From assembly GCA_000092065.1 (NCBI GenBank), contig CP000593.1: a DNA stretch of 64,000 nucleotides. One strand, given 5' to 3'. The notes beneath the pieces were generated by a model that had not been told where the DNA came from, did not search any database, and was given only the letters and a program-made list of their open reading frames with translations. Source of the DNA: Ostreococcus lucimarinus. Taxonomy: Eukaryota. A program made the translations under genes and the position numbers. Position 1 is the stretch's first letter. Each line of letters begins with the position of its first letter. This document shows, in pieces, positions 1 through 8,841 of the stretch.

Positions 1-299
1 TGGATCTGGTGACGTGCCGGGGGGGTAAAACGACCAATCATGACTCAATGATCGTTTGTGATTCAAACGCGACCCCCCCCTATCCACGCGCGCGCCGACG
101 TCACGCCGCGCGACGACGGCGCGCGCGTCACACGCCCGCCCGCGCGCCGCACGCCGCGAGACACGCGCACGGAGACGACCGTCGCGCGCGCACACCGCCC
201 CATGTCGCACCACGCCCTGTCGTTCACCGCGAACGTCGCGCACGCGTCGCCGATCGCGCGATCGGCGGCGCGCGCGCGGACGCCCCGCGCGACGCGCGC

Positions 300-546
300 G
301 CACAAGCGCGCGCACGTCACGCGCGCCGGGAACGAGTACGAAAACGGATTGTTCGCGCCGATCGTGCGCGTCGCGCGCGATGTGATCGGGGTGAAGCGGT
401 TCAACCAGATTCGCGGCAAGGCGATCGCGCTGCACTCGCAAGTCATCGGCGACTTTTGCGAAGAGTTTGGATGCGACACCAAGGTGAAACAAAACTTGAT
501 TCGCACGGCAAAGAAGAATGGTGGGAAGCTTGGGTTCTTGGCGTAG
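300..546 (+). CDS. 3' terminal part of an unidentified protein-coding gene (C-terminal peptide ...GLFAPIVRVARDVIGVKRFNQIRGKAIALHSQVIGDFCEEFGCDTKVKQNLIRTAKKNGGKLGFLA*). The upstream part of the ORF (58-300) is CGCG low complexity, so the gene either starts outside the window or is spliced.
   Basis: The ORF 58..546 is compositionally normal and non-repetitive only in its last ~80 codons. I do not recognise a family. Confidence 0.3.
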
Positions 547-777
547 GCGCGAGACGAAGCGAGCGAGATTCTTTAGGAGCGCGACGGAAGACCGACGAGG
601 GAGGGGGCGCGCGAGCATAGCCAACTTAAACACGTAGCGCGGCGCGAAGCAGAAGCAGAGCCATCGGAGATGGGCGTTGTGATGCAAAAAATGCGACATT
701 CTTTAATATTCGCCAAAACGACGAACGAACGATTGAGGCGCGCGCACGGCCGCTCGCGGGTCTAAGTATTAAAAATT

Positions 778-2037
778 TTAAACGCCGAGGAGCGCGGAAT
801 CGAGCGGGGAGTACATCTCTGACAGTAAGACGTTGATGAATCCCGGGCAATGCGCGCCGTGATCGGTGACGAACACCGAGATCAGTTCCGCGGGTACGAA
901 TTCGAACGACGGGTTTATGACGACGGCGTCCGGATCGGCACCGCGCTCGCCGTAACCCAGTGCCGTCGACGGCGACCCGAAGCCGTAGACGCGGTCGAAC
1001 CCGGCTTCTTTTTGCGTCTTCGGTGAGATTGCGTACGAACCGGCGAGCATAAGCACGGGTACGGAGTGCGCTTTCGCGGCAAGAGCTATGTTATACGCCC
1101 CGCTATCGACGAGCGCGCTGCCATCGGCGAGCACGCCCCGCGCGCTCAACACGCACAGCTTGACGCTCGGCATCGTCGCGTACACCGCGCTATCGCAAAT
1201 CAAGCTCACGTCCCGCACCCCACGCTCGGCTAAACTCTTCGCCATCGCGTGTCCGTCGTATCTCGGCGCGCTCTCCGCGACGACGACGCTAAATCCACCC
1301 CCTCCCTCGCTCGCGGACCGTTTCTTATTCGCGTCTCTCAAAAACGCCTCCGCCAACCCGGTCCCCGCGCTCGCGTTCGACCCCATCGTCATCACCACGC
1401 ATCCATTCGTCACAAAATCCGAGCTTTGGCTCGCAATATTCGTCGACACCGTCTCCATTTCCTCGATCACCTCGTGTGCGGTATCGATGACATCCTTTTT
1501 CAATTTCTTCGTCGCCGCGCCGCCGCCGCCGCCGCCGCTCTCGCCGCCGCCGCCGCCGTCGCCCCTCTCGCTCGTCGCCCCCTCGTCCCGTATCACTCGC
1601 AGCACGCGCCGCGCCACGTTCCCGACCAGCAAGTGTTCCCGCTTCAGCACCGCCAGCGATCCACCGATCGCGCGCACGCTCGCGATGATTTCCTCGAGCG
1701 TCGCGCGACCGTCCGCCGTCGCCACGACCTGAATGAGCGTCTCCGCGACGCGTTTCGCGAGCACCGCCGGCGGTTTCGCGTCGTACGTCCCTCGCCGAAC
1801 GTCGTGCGACAAGTCCTCCACCGATCGCTGCGTCGCCGGCGTGAGCGCGGCGTCGCGCGCGGGCGGCATCGTCGTCGACGCGTCCTCGAACGGACGAGGC
1901 GACGCGCGACGAGGCGCGCGAACGCGGACGCGCGCGGGGTTCGCGAGACGAAAACGATCGCGAGGGCTTCGATCTCGCGCGCGCGCTCGAGACGTCGCGA
2001 CGACGCGTTGTGACGACGCGCCGGCTCTGCGCGTCAT
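778..2037 (-). CDS. eIF-2B family protein (translation initiation factor eIF2B regulatory subunit, beta/delta-like; IF-2B fold is also shared with methylthioribose-1-phosphate isomerase)
   Basis: 419-aa ORF. Its C-terminal ~300 aa have the IF-2B architecture (..VVMTMGSNASAG.., ..ICDSAVYATMPSVKLCVLSARGVLADGS.., ..AKAHSVPVLMLAGSYAISP..). A glycine/acidic linker sits between the N-terminal helical region and the Rossmann-like core. Confidence 0.6.
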   Translation of the reverse strand: MTRRAGASSQRVVATSRARARDRSPRDRFRLANPARVRVRAPRRASPRPFEDASTTMPPARDAALTPATQRSVEDLSHDVRRGTYDAKPPAVLAKRVAETLIQVVATADGRATLEEIIASVRAIGGSLAVLKREHLLVGNVARRVLRVIRDEGATSERGDGGGGGESGGGGGGAATKKLKKDVIDTAHEVIEEMETVSTNIASQSSDFVTNGCVVMTMGSNASAGTGLAEAFLRDANKKRSASEGGGGFSVVVAESAPRYDGHAMAKSLAERGVRDVSLICDSAVYATMPSVKLCVLSARGVLADGSALVDSGAYNIALAAKAHSVPVLMLAGSYAISPKTQKEAGFDRVYGFGSPSTALGYGERGADPDAVVINPSFEFVPAELISVFVTDHGAHCPGFINVLLSEMYSPLDSALLGV

Positions 2038-2317
2038 TGCGAGAAGATGGCGTTCGCGCTCGGCGCGAGCGCGGAGGAATGGGCGATCGACGCGTGGATG
2101 CGGTTACCGTTGATCGCCTGGGCGAGTTCGTTCGTCGGGACGGTGCGTCGGGCGGTCGCGCGCGGCGCGCGCGCGGCGCGAACGCGATGGATGGTCGAGC
2201 GGGCGCGCGCGCGCGCGTTGAGAGCGACGCGAGACGCGTTCGGGCGCGCGAGACGGCGACGCGCGAGGCGCGGCGCGGTGACTGACGGGAGTTTCGAACG
2301 CGCGGTGGACGCAGCTC

Positions 2318-3727
2318 ATGAATAAGCACGCGAAGACGCCGAAGATCACGGGATACTTGCTCGCCGGCGTGGCGTTTGGGCGACACGGTTTAGGCGCGTT
2401 GTCGGCGGCGGGATCTCGACGGTTATGGCTCGTCGATAACGGATGCCTGGCGTGCATCGGCGTCGCGGCTGGATCTGAGGTGGTGCTGAGTGAGGTGCGG
2501 AAGACGCTGCGGGTGACGATGGTGACCATCGCGAGCGTGGCGTGCTGCTGCTGGTGCGCGACGTTTGGCGCGTTCGACGCGATTTTCGCGCAGAGGGTGG
2601 AGTTTTTGCAAGGGCTGACGGAGCGACACGTCGCGGCGGTGGGATCTTTATTGGGGACGCTTTCGTTGGCGCGCTCGCCCGCGAGTGCGATGGCGGTGAT
2701 CAACGAGTGCGAGGCGAGCGGGCCGTATTGCGCGCACATTTTGAGCACGACGGTTTTGAAAGACGTTCTCGTCGTCGCGTTGTTCGCTATAAACGTCGAG
2801 CTCGTGGCGCTTTCGGGATTAGACTTCCACAATATCATATCAGATGCGGCGACGATGGCCTTGGGAGGTGAGATCGCGAGCAACACGACGCGCGATGTCG
2901 GCGCGAGCGCGGCGGCGAGAAGACTCTTGGTGAATTTGAAGCCCGCGACGCAATGGGAAACTTCGCATCCCATCACCAAGCTTTTGCAACCTATAGTGCG
3001 GGTGATCGGGGCCGCCATTGCGGGTATCATCGCAGGCGTCCTACTTGGACGCTTGCTCAAACCCACGTCCTTGGCGGCGCGTTGGAAAAACATTCGTGTC
3101 GGCTGCATCGTGTGCGGCGCCGCCGCCATCTTTGTGTCTAGCGAACATCTCGGATTGGAGCCTTTATTGGTGTGCGTCGCCGCCGGTCTCACCGCGGCAA
3201 ATCGCAAGCATACGAACGGCGCGCACGAGCGCGAGGAGTTACACGCCGCGATCGCGATCGTGACGCCAGCGGTAAATTTGCTCTTCTTCACCCTCGCCGG
3301 CGCGAGCCTGCGCCTGGAAAACGTGTACAACTCCATCGTCATCGCGGTCGGTCTCGTCATCGTTCGTCTTTTGGGGCTGTATTGTGCCACGGCAATATCT
3401 GCGCGCATACTCAAAGCACCGGCGGTGAGCGACATCACGGGCGAACGGCGCAAAAACATTGAATGGATGGGGCACGTCACCCAAGCCGGCGTCGCGCTCG
3501 GTTTGTCGCGCACCGTCGCCGCGAGATTTCCATACTGGGGCCCCGCGTTTTCGACGCTGGCCGTGTCCGTGATCGTCATCAACTTATTCATCGGTCCCGT
3601 GTTATTTCGCGCATCCATAGAACTCATGAACGAGTCGCACTCGACGCTCAACGCGGCGTTGGAGCGCATCGTCGCGACGCCCAAGCGCGCGGTCGAGGCG
3701 CCCGCGACCGGCTCTCCTTCCCTTTAG
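2318..3727 (+). CDS. Cation/proton antiporter, CPA2 / Na+/H+ exchanger family (KefB/KEA-like K+ efflux antiporter type)
   Basis: 469-aa polytopic membrane protein. Its N-terminal motif ITGYLLAGVAFG is typical of the Na_H_exchanger family, and it has 10 or more hydrophobic helices. Confidence 0.65.
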   Translation: MNKHAKTPKITGYLLAGVAFGRHGLGALSAAGSRRLWLVDNGCLACIGVAAGSEVVLSEVRKTLRVTMVTIASVACCCWCATFGAFDAIFAQRVEFLQGLTERHVAAVGSLLGTLSLARSPASAMAVINECEASGPYCAHILSTTVLKDVLVVALFAINVELVALSGLDFHNIISDAATMALGGEIASNTTRDVGASAAARRLLVNLKPATQWETSHPITKLLQPIVRVIGAAIAGIIAGVLLGRLLKPTSLAARWKNIRVGCIVCGAAAIFVSSEHLGLEPLLVCVAAGLTAANRKHTNGAHEREELHAAIAIVTPAVNLLFFTLAGASLRLENVYNSIVIAVGLVIVRLLGLYCATAISARILKAPAVSDITGERRKNIEWMGHVTQAGVALGLSRTVAARFPYWGPAFSTLAVSVIVINLFIGPVLFRASIELMNESHSTLNAALERIVATPKRAVEAPATGSPSL

Positions 3728-4349
3728 CACAGCGCGCCGCGCGCCTAGTCCATTTGTATCGAAAGTCTCCTTTCTTAGTGTATTACATTCGCATGATTCA
3801 TTCGCCGCTAAACTAAAATTAAACAGGCTCTCGCGACCCTATTCGAGCTCGAGTCGCTTCTCCACATCCTTCCAGAGTTTACCCTTATTCGAGCTGCGCG
3901 CGAACCGTCGACGAAAACCTCGGTCAATCCCCATTCGCATCATCGCGCGCGCGCGCGCGCGCCTCGCGCGCGTCGCGCGCGTCGCGTCGTTTCGCGTCGC
4001 GTCGTTTCGCGTCGCGTCGCTTCGACCCCTCACCTCTCCCACGCGCGATCGAATCCGTAGTTCAACGCCTTCTCCCCCGCGAGCGCCCCCGCGACGATCA
4101 CCCCGACGTACACCGCCGAATTCTGCGCGCGCGCGTTCGCGCCTCGTCAGTCCCCCCGTCCTCGCGCGCGTCGCGCGCCGCCCTCCCCCCTCGTCGTCGA
4201 GATCGCGCGCTCGATCGTCGCCGCCTCGCGCGCGCCGTCGCCCGCGCGCCGCCCGCGCGCCGTCGCCCGCGCGCGCCGTCGCGCCCGCGCGCGCTCGCGC
4301 GCACGCACCGACATGAACGTCTTGTAAAACGCGCCGAACATCGTCGCGC

Positions 4350-4600
4350 GTCCGTCCGTCGATCGCGTCGCGATCTGCGCGCGCGCGCGTCGTCGCCGCC
4401 GATCGCTCGAACCTCGAGCCATCGATCGTTCGCGCAGATTTAACCGCATCGCGAGGTTCGATCGACGACGCCGTCCGTCGATCGCGCGTCGCGATCCGCG
4501 CGCGCGCGCGATCGTCGCCGCCGATCGCTCGAACCTCGAGCCATCGATCGACTCCACCGATTTCACCGCATCGCGAGGTTCGATCGACGACGCGCGCGCG
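4350..4600. repeat. Tandem duplication, about 122-bp unit x2, GC-rich, containing CGATCG palindromes (..GCCGCCGATCGCTCGAACCTCGAGCCATCGATCG..ACCGCATCGCGAGGTTCGATCGACGACG..)
   Basis: The core GCCGCCGATCG recurs at about 4395 and 4517, a 122-nt offset, with nearly identical flanks. It lies in the 1.26-kb intergenic region upstream of the ANTH gene. Confidence 0.8.
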
Positions 4601-4989
4601 GGTTCGCCGGCGCGCGGGCGCGCCCGCGCCGGCACAGACGCGCGCGGTCGCGTCGGCGCGCGATGCCGCTCCGGTTGCAGAAAAAGGCGTCGCGCGTCGT
4701 GCGCGCGGTGGCGGAGGAGGTCCAGGTCGCGCGCGGCGTCGGCACGCGCACCGATAAGCGCGGGAACGCGAAGACGGCGCTGTGGGAGCGCGGCAAGGTG
4801 CGATCGAGCGGCGGATTGGCGCGTGTCTCGATCGGCGCGACGAGGATCGCGCGCGAACGCGCGACGCGAGGCGACGCGCGACGCGCGCGCGCGGAGACGC
4901 GAAGGGAAACCCGCGCGGGAGATTCGGGGAGACGCGCGAGAGACTGACGGGACGCGGACGCGACGCAGGCGAAACTCGCGGCGACGGCG

Positions 4990-6813
4990 GTGGAGAAGGA
5001 GTTCGCCGAGACGCAGTTGGCGTTTAGCAAGGCGACGAATTTCGATGACGTGCCGCCGAAGGAGAAGCACGTGCTGGCGCTGGTGCGCACGTGCGGAGGC
5101 GCGGGCGGAGGGAGCTCGAGGGATCGGGCGTTCGTGTTGGAGACGTTGGCGAGACAGGTGCGGAAGTGCGCGCCGTGGAGGACGATGCTGAAGACGCACG
5201 TGTTGCTGCACAGGTTGATGCGGGAGTGCGAGGGAGGGGGGTTTAAGGATGACTTCTTCAGGTTTTTGGAATTTTTATCTCGGAAAACGTACGGGCCGAA
5301 AGAACAGACGCTGTTTAACATTCGCTACTGGAAGGACGAGACCAACAAGGACGCGTACGAGTTGTCGGGGTGGACGCGCGCGTACGCGGCGTACCTCGAA
5401 GAGCTGTGCGCTTTGAATGAGTTCATCCCGAGCCTCGTAGGAAACGTGAGTGGCGCGGTGACGACGACGACAAACGGCGAGGCGCGAGCGGTGGTGGCGA
5501 ATCCGTTGAAAGATTGTGATTTCGCGACGTTGATCAAGGTTTTGCCCTTGGTGCAGACGCTCGTGCGACGCATCACGGATTGCGCGCCAACATCTACGAC
5601 GCTGCAGAAAAATGCCGTCTCGCGATACGCCGTCGGACTCGTCGCAAAGGATAGTTTCTTGGTGTATCGCGTCATGAACGAGGGCATCATAAACCTGGTG
5701 GACAAGTACTTTGAAACGAGCAAAGTCGAGGCGGAGAAAGGGTTGGTGATTTTCAAAAAGTACTTGACGCAAATCGAAGACTTGCAACGATTTTACGACA
5801 CGTGCGAAGCGTGCGCGGCGGTGGAAAACGCAGTCGTCAAGCTTGAAGCACCCCCTGCGACGTTTTTGAAGAGCATGGAAGAGTACTTCGAATCGGCGCC
5901 TCGCGAAGGCTTGCCTCTTCGCGAGCGGCGGTTGGGCGCGACATCTTCGACGACGGCGAACAATGCACGAGCGAATGCGGTGGGGTCGACAATGTTGGCG
6001 ATCGACGTCCCCGCCAACAACGCGGACTTTATCAGTACCACTGCTGCGCTACCGCCGGTGGAGCCGTTGAATGCGCTCGATGCGCTCAGTCAGCTTGATT
6101 TAGGTACGCCGAGCCCAACGAGCAAAGACGATGTTTTTAGCTCAAACGCGCTGCCCGCGCCGACGCAACCGCCGGCGTTAGCGCCGGTCGCGCCCGCAGC
6201 TTCGAGCAGTACAAGCGCACTTGATTCTTTCTCCGAGTCAATCGCTCCGGCGGTGCCGACGGAACCCTCTGCGGTGGCGTACAACCCATTCGGAGCGAAC
6301 CCATACGGCGGCGCCCCGCAAATGGTGCCGGCGGCTCCGCAAACGGCGCCGGCGCCCCAAGCAAAATCGCCGAGAAGCACGAACCCATTCGGAAATAACC
6401 CGTTCGGTACACCACAGCCTCAAAGTTTGGACAAGAGCGCACTCAATGACTTATACGCGCAAGCTCCAGCGTCACCCAGGAGTGGCCATGGCATGAGTTC
6501 CATGGCACCGCCGCAACACATCAATCCGAGCTTTATGCAAGCGCCGCCCAACAGCGCCTTGCAGCGGCAGCAAGTTGGCGCACCTCAGCTAGCGCTACCG
6601 ATGGCTGGTGTGCAGTATCCACAACAATATCCGCAGATGGCGTTCCCCCAGCACCATCAGCAGATGGGATACCCGCAGCAGCATCCGCAGATGGGATATC
6701 CCCAGCGCCCGGCGGCTGAACCACCGTTGCACCCGGCGTTCGCCAACCCTCACCAAGGCGGCAGTCCAAGTTCTAGCGCTCCATCACCGCAGAACTCCGG
6801 CAGTTTGATTTGA
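4990..6813 (+). CDS. ANTH-domain clathrin assembly protein (AP180/CALM/PICALM-like) with a long Pro/Gln-rich unstructured C-terminus carrying NPF motifs
   Basis: The N-terminal ~280 aa have the ANTH fold (..KATNFDDVPPKEKHV..LHRLMREC..). The C-terminal half is low complexity, with repeated NPFG (NPFGANPYG, NPFGNNPFG) and MGYPQQ repeats typical of endocytic adaptors. Confidence 0.75.
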   Translation: MEKEFAETQLAFSKATNFDDVPPKEKHVLALVRTCGGAGGGSSRDRAFVLETLARQVRKCAPWRTMLKTHVLLHRLMRECEGGGFKDDFFRFLEFLSRKTYGPKEQTLFNIRYWKDETNKDAYELSGWTRAYAAYLEELCALNEFIPSLVGNVSGAVTTTTNGEARAVVANPLKDCDFATLIKVLPLVQTLVRRITDCAPTSTTLQKNAVSRYAVGLVAKDSFLVYRVMNEGIINLVDKYFETSKVEAEKGLVIFKKYLTQIEDLQRFYDTCEACAAVENAVVKLEAPPATFLKSMEEYFESAPREGLPLRERRLGATSSTTANNARANAVGSTMLAIDVPANNADFISTTAALPPVEPLNALDALSQLDLGTPSPTSKDDVFSSNALPAPTQPPALAPVAPAASSSTSALDSFSESIAPAVPTEPSAVAYNPFGANPYGGAPQMVPAAPQTAPAPQAKSPRSTNPFGNNPFGTPQPQSLDKSALNDLYAQAPASPRSGHGMSSMAPPQHINPSFMQAPPNSALQRQQVGAPQLALPMAGVQYPQQYPQMAFPQHHQQMGYPQQHPQMGYPQRPAAEPPLHPAFANPHQGGSPSSSAPSPQNSGSLI

Positions 6814-6898
6814 TCTAGAGCGACACGACGAGAATAAGCACGCAAATGAACAACCAAACGCGCGCGCTTCCCTTTGTCGCCACAGCGCGCCTCGCGCC

Positions 6899-8368
6899 AT
6901 GTCGCTCGCCGTCCATCTCTCATCCACCCGCACGCGCGGCGCGACGCCGTTCGCGCGCGTCAATCGCGCAAAACAGTCGCGCGTCGCATACCAGCGCGTC
7001 TCCACGCGCGCATCGCGACGCGTCGCGACGCTAGTTCGCGTTGTCCCGCTCAAAAAGTGCTGCGCTTTTTCGCAGTCATCCTCGCGCCGTTCCGCTACGC
7101 GCGCGCGCGCGACGGCCGCCGCGCCGCGCGACGCCGACGATGCGAATAAAATCATCCTCGCCCTCGGCGTGGCCATGCTGCTCGCGAGCGCGGACCGAAC
7201 GATTTTCGCCGCCGCGGCGCTGAGCCTGAAGGCGGAGCTGGGCATGTCCATGAAGGATTTGGCGCTCGCGCAGAGCGCGTTTCTGTGGGGATACGGCGTC
7301 ACGCAGCTCGCGGCGGGCGCGTCGAGCGATCGATTCGGTGGCGCGAAGGTGTTGCTCGGTGGGCTGTGCGTGTGGTCGATCGCGGTGGCGGTGACGCCGC
7401 TGAGCTCGATGACGACGGCGCCGGTGCTCGCAGTCGTGGCGGCGCGATTTTTGTTCGGCGCGGCGAGCGGATGCGCGCTACCGGCGTCCGCAGCGGCGGT
7501 TGCGGCGCACGTGCCGGCGGAGCGACGGTCGGGCGCGTTGTCAACGATATTTGCGCTGTTTAACATTGGTTCGGCGTTCGGGCTCGCGGCGGCTGGAAGT
7601 TTGATCACGCAGTTTGGGTGGCGAGCGATTTTCTACGGCTTCGGCGCGTTTGGCGCGGCGTGGGCCGTCGCCGCCTACGCCGCAATGCCGCAGAGCGTGA
7701 AAACTTTCGTCCCTAGGGTACCGAAGGTGAGCGAGTTGAAGGATGAAAACGGCGAGCAAATGACCGAGTTGTCGTCCGAAGTTGCGACGCAGCTCGTTGC
7801 GCTGTTGTGGTGTCACGTCGTCGTGAACTGGGGGTTCATGATTTTACAGTCATGGCTGCCGGTGTATCTCGCGAACGACTTGGGAATGTCCATCGCGAGC
7901 TCTGGGATCCTCGGCGCTTTACCGTGGGTATTCACCGCGTTCATGTCATTTAGCTCGGGACAGGTGGCGGATAAGTTGATTAGTCGAGGGATGGAGCGAT
8001 GGAAAGTGCGTCGATTGGCGATGAACGTCGCCACCATCGGTCCCGCCCTGGGATTATTCGCGTTGAAGTACACCACCACCGCGAGCGTCGCGTTGGCGTG
8101 CATCGTCGCCACGCTCGGTCTTCAAGCCGTCGCGGTTGCGGGGTATCACAGTTACCTTCAGGACGTCGCTCCGTCTCGCGCGGGCGCTATTCTCGGTTTC
8201 ACAAACACGGTCGGCGTCGTCGGTTCAATCGTCGCCAACATGGTGACTGGCGCGAGCGTCGAGGCGACGGGGTCGTTTCAAGCGACATTTTTGTACACCG
8301 CGGCGATGTACGCGAGCTCTTGCTTTGTTTGGAATGCATTCTTGAAGGGTGAGCAGTTGTTTCCGTAA
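6899..8368 (+). CDS. Major facilitator superfamily transporter, SLC17/anion-phosphate (PHT4-like) type, with an N-terminal organellar transit-peptide-like extension
   Basis: 489 aa. The N-terminal ~90 aa are S/R/A-rich, followed by 12 predicted TM helices. The MFS signature region reads ..LAQSAFLWGYGVTQLAAGASSDRFGGAKVLL.. Confidence 0.6.
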   Translation: MSLAVHLSSTRTRGATPFARVNRAKQSRVAYQRVSTRASRRVATLVRVVPLKKCCAFSQSSSRRSATRARATAAAPRDADDANKIILALGVAMLLASADRTIFAAAALSLKAELGMSMKDLALAQSAFLWGYGVTQLAAGASSDRFGGAKVLLGGLCVWSIAVAVTPLSSMTTAPVLAVVAARFLFGAASGCALPASAAAVAAHVPAERRSGALSTIFALFNIGSAFGLAAAGSLITQFGWRAIFYGFGAFGAAWAVAAYAAMPQSVKTFVPRVPKVSELKDENGEQMTELSSEVATQLVALLWCHVVVNWGFMILQSWLPVYLANDLGMSIASSGILGALPWVFTAFMSFSSGQVADKLISRGMERWKVRRLAMNVATIGPALGLFALKYTTTASVALACIVATLGLQAVAVAGYHSYLQDVAPSRAGAILGFTNTVGVVGSIVANMVTGASVEATGSFQATFLYTAAMYASSCFVWNAFLKGEQLFP

Positions 8369-8370
8369 AA

Positions 8371-8800
8371 AATAAGATGTAAATATAAAAAATGAATCCG
8401 TCACTCTTAGACTGCGATCGCGTTCCGATGCGTGTCGGAAATGGTAGACTGCCAGCGGAGCCATCAAAGGCTTCCTAATCGTCAACCGCACGATCCGCCC
8501 CAAAGTAAACTTTAATAAGATGTAAATATGAAAAATGAATCCGTCACTCTTAGACTGCGATCGCGTTCCGATGCGTGTCGGAAATGGTAGACTGCCAGCG
8601 GAGCCATCAAAGGCTTCCTAATCGTCAACCGCACGATCCGCCCCAAAGTAAACTTTAATAAGATGTAAATATGAAAAATGAATCCGTCACTCTTAGACTG
8701 CGATCGCGTTCCGATGCGTGTCGGAAATGGTAGACTGCCAGCGGAGCCATCAAAGGCTTCCTAATCGTCAACCGCACGATCCGCCCCAAAGTAAACTTTG
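8371..8800. repeat. Tandem repeat, 143-bp unit x3.0, comparatively AT-rich satellite-like array
   Basis: The unit TAAGATGTAAATATGAAAAATGAATCCGTCACTCTTAGACTGCGATCGCGTTCCGATGCGTGTCGGAAATGGTAGACTGCCAGCGGAGCCATCAAAGGCTTCCTAATCGTCAACCGCACGATCCGCCCCAAAGTAAACTTTAA starts at 8373, 8516 and 8659. The only difference is an A/G change in copy 1. It contains a short hairpin, TTCCGA-TGCGTG-TCGGAA. Confidence 0.95.
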
Positions 8801-8841
8801 AAAGTTATGCACTGATGCGTGTGCGATGATTATCTCGCGAA

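Noticed and set aside
1325-2386. Many long ORFs (100-780 aa) rich in Arg/Ala/Ser/Gly/Asp lying antisense to or overlapping well-supported genes. Examples are 1325..2386(-), 2104..3684(-), 4147..5211(-), 13098..14636(+), 13479..14747(-), 17102..18190(-), 20792..22222(-), 22425..24158(-), 33910..35337(-), 36192..37472(-), 37057..38025(-), 40417..41328(-), the upstream part of 50581..52587(-) and the upstream part of 51040..52623(+).
   Set aside because: In 60-65% GC DNA stop codons are rare in all frames. These ORFs are low-complexity, have no recognisable motifs, and overlap genes with strong family signatures on the other strand. I treat them as artefacts.
3839-4042. Small 67-aa ORF (..MGIDRGFRRRFARSSNKGKLWKDVEKRLELE) in the 1.26-kb spacer before the ANTH gene.
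   Set aside because: Only the last ~30 codons are non-repetitive. There is no recognisable family and a high chance it is random in GC-rich DNA. A real small gene cannot be excluded without expression data.
4420-4600. tRNA-like T-loop strings GGTTCGATC (at about 4456 and 4578) inside the 122-bp duplication.
   Set aside because: Flanking sequence cannot form a T-stem (no CUCGC complement) or an acceptor stem. These are chance matches within GC-rich repeat sequence. I saw no convincing tRNA, rRNA or snRNA anywhere in the window.
8371-8800. The 143-bp satellite unit as a C/D-box or H/ACA snoRNA, or a SINE/MITE.
   Set aside because: No UGAUGA/CUGA box pair at the appropriate spacing. No terminal inverted repeats or target-site duplication, and no A/B box. 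It is kept only as a tandem repeat.
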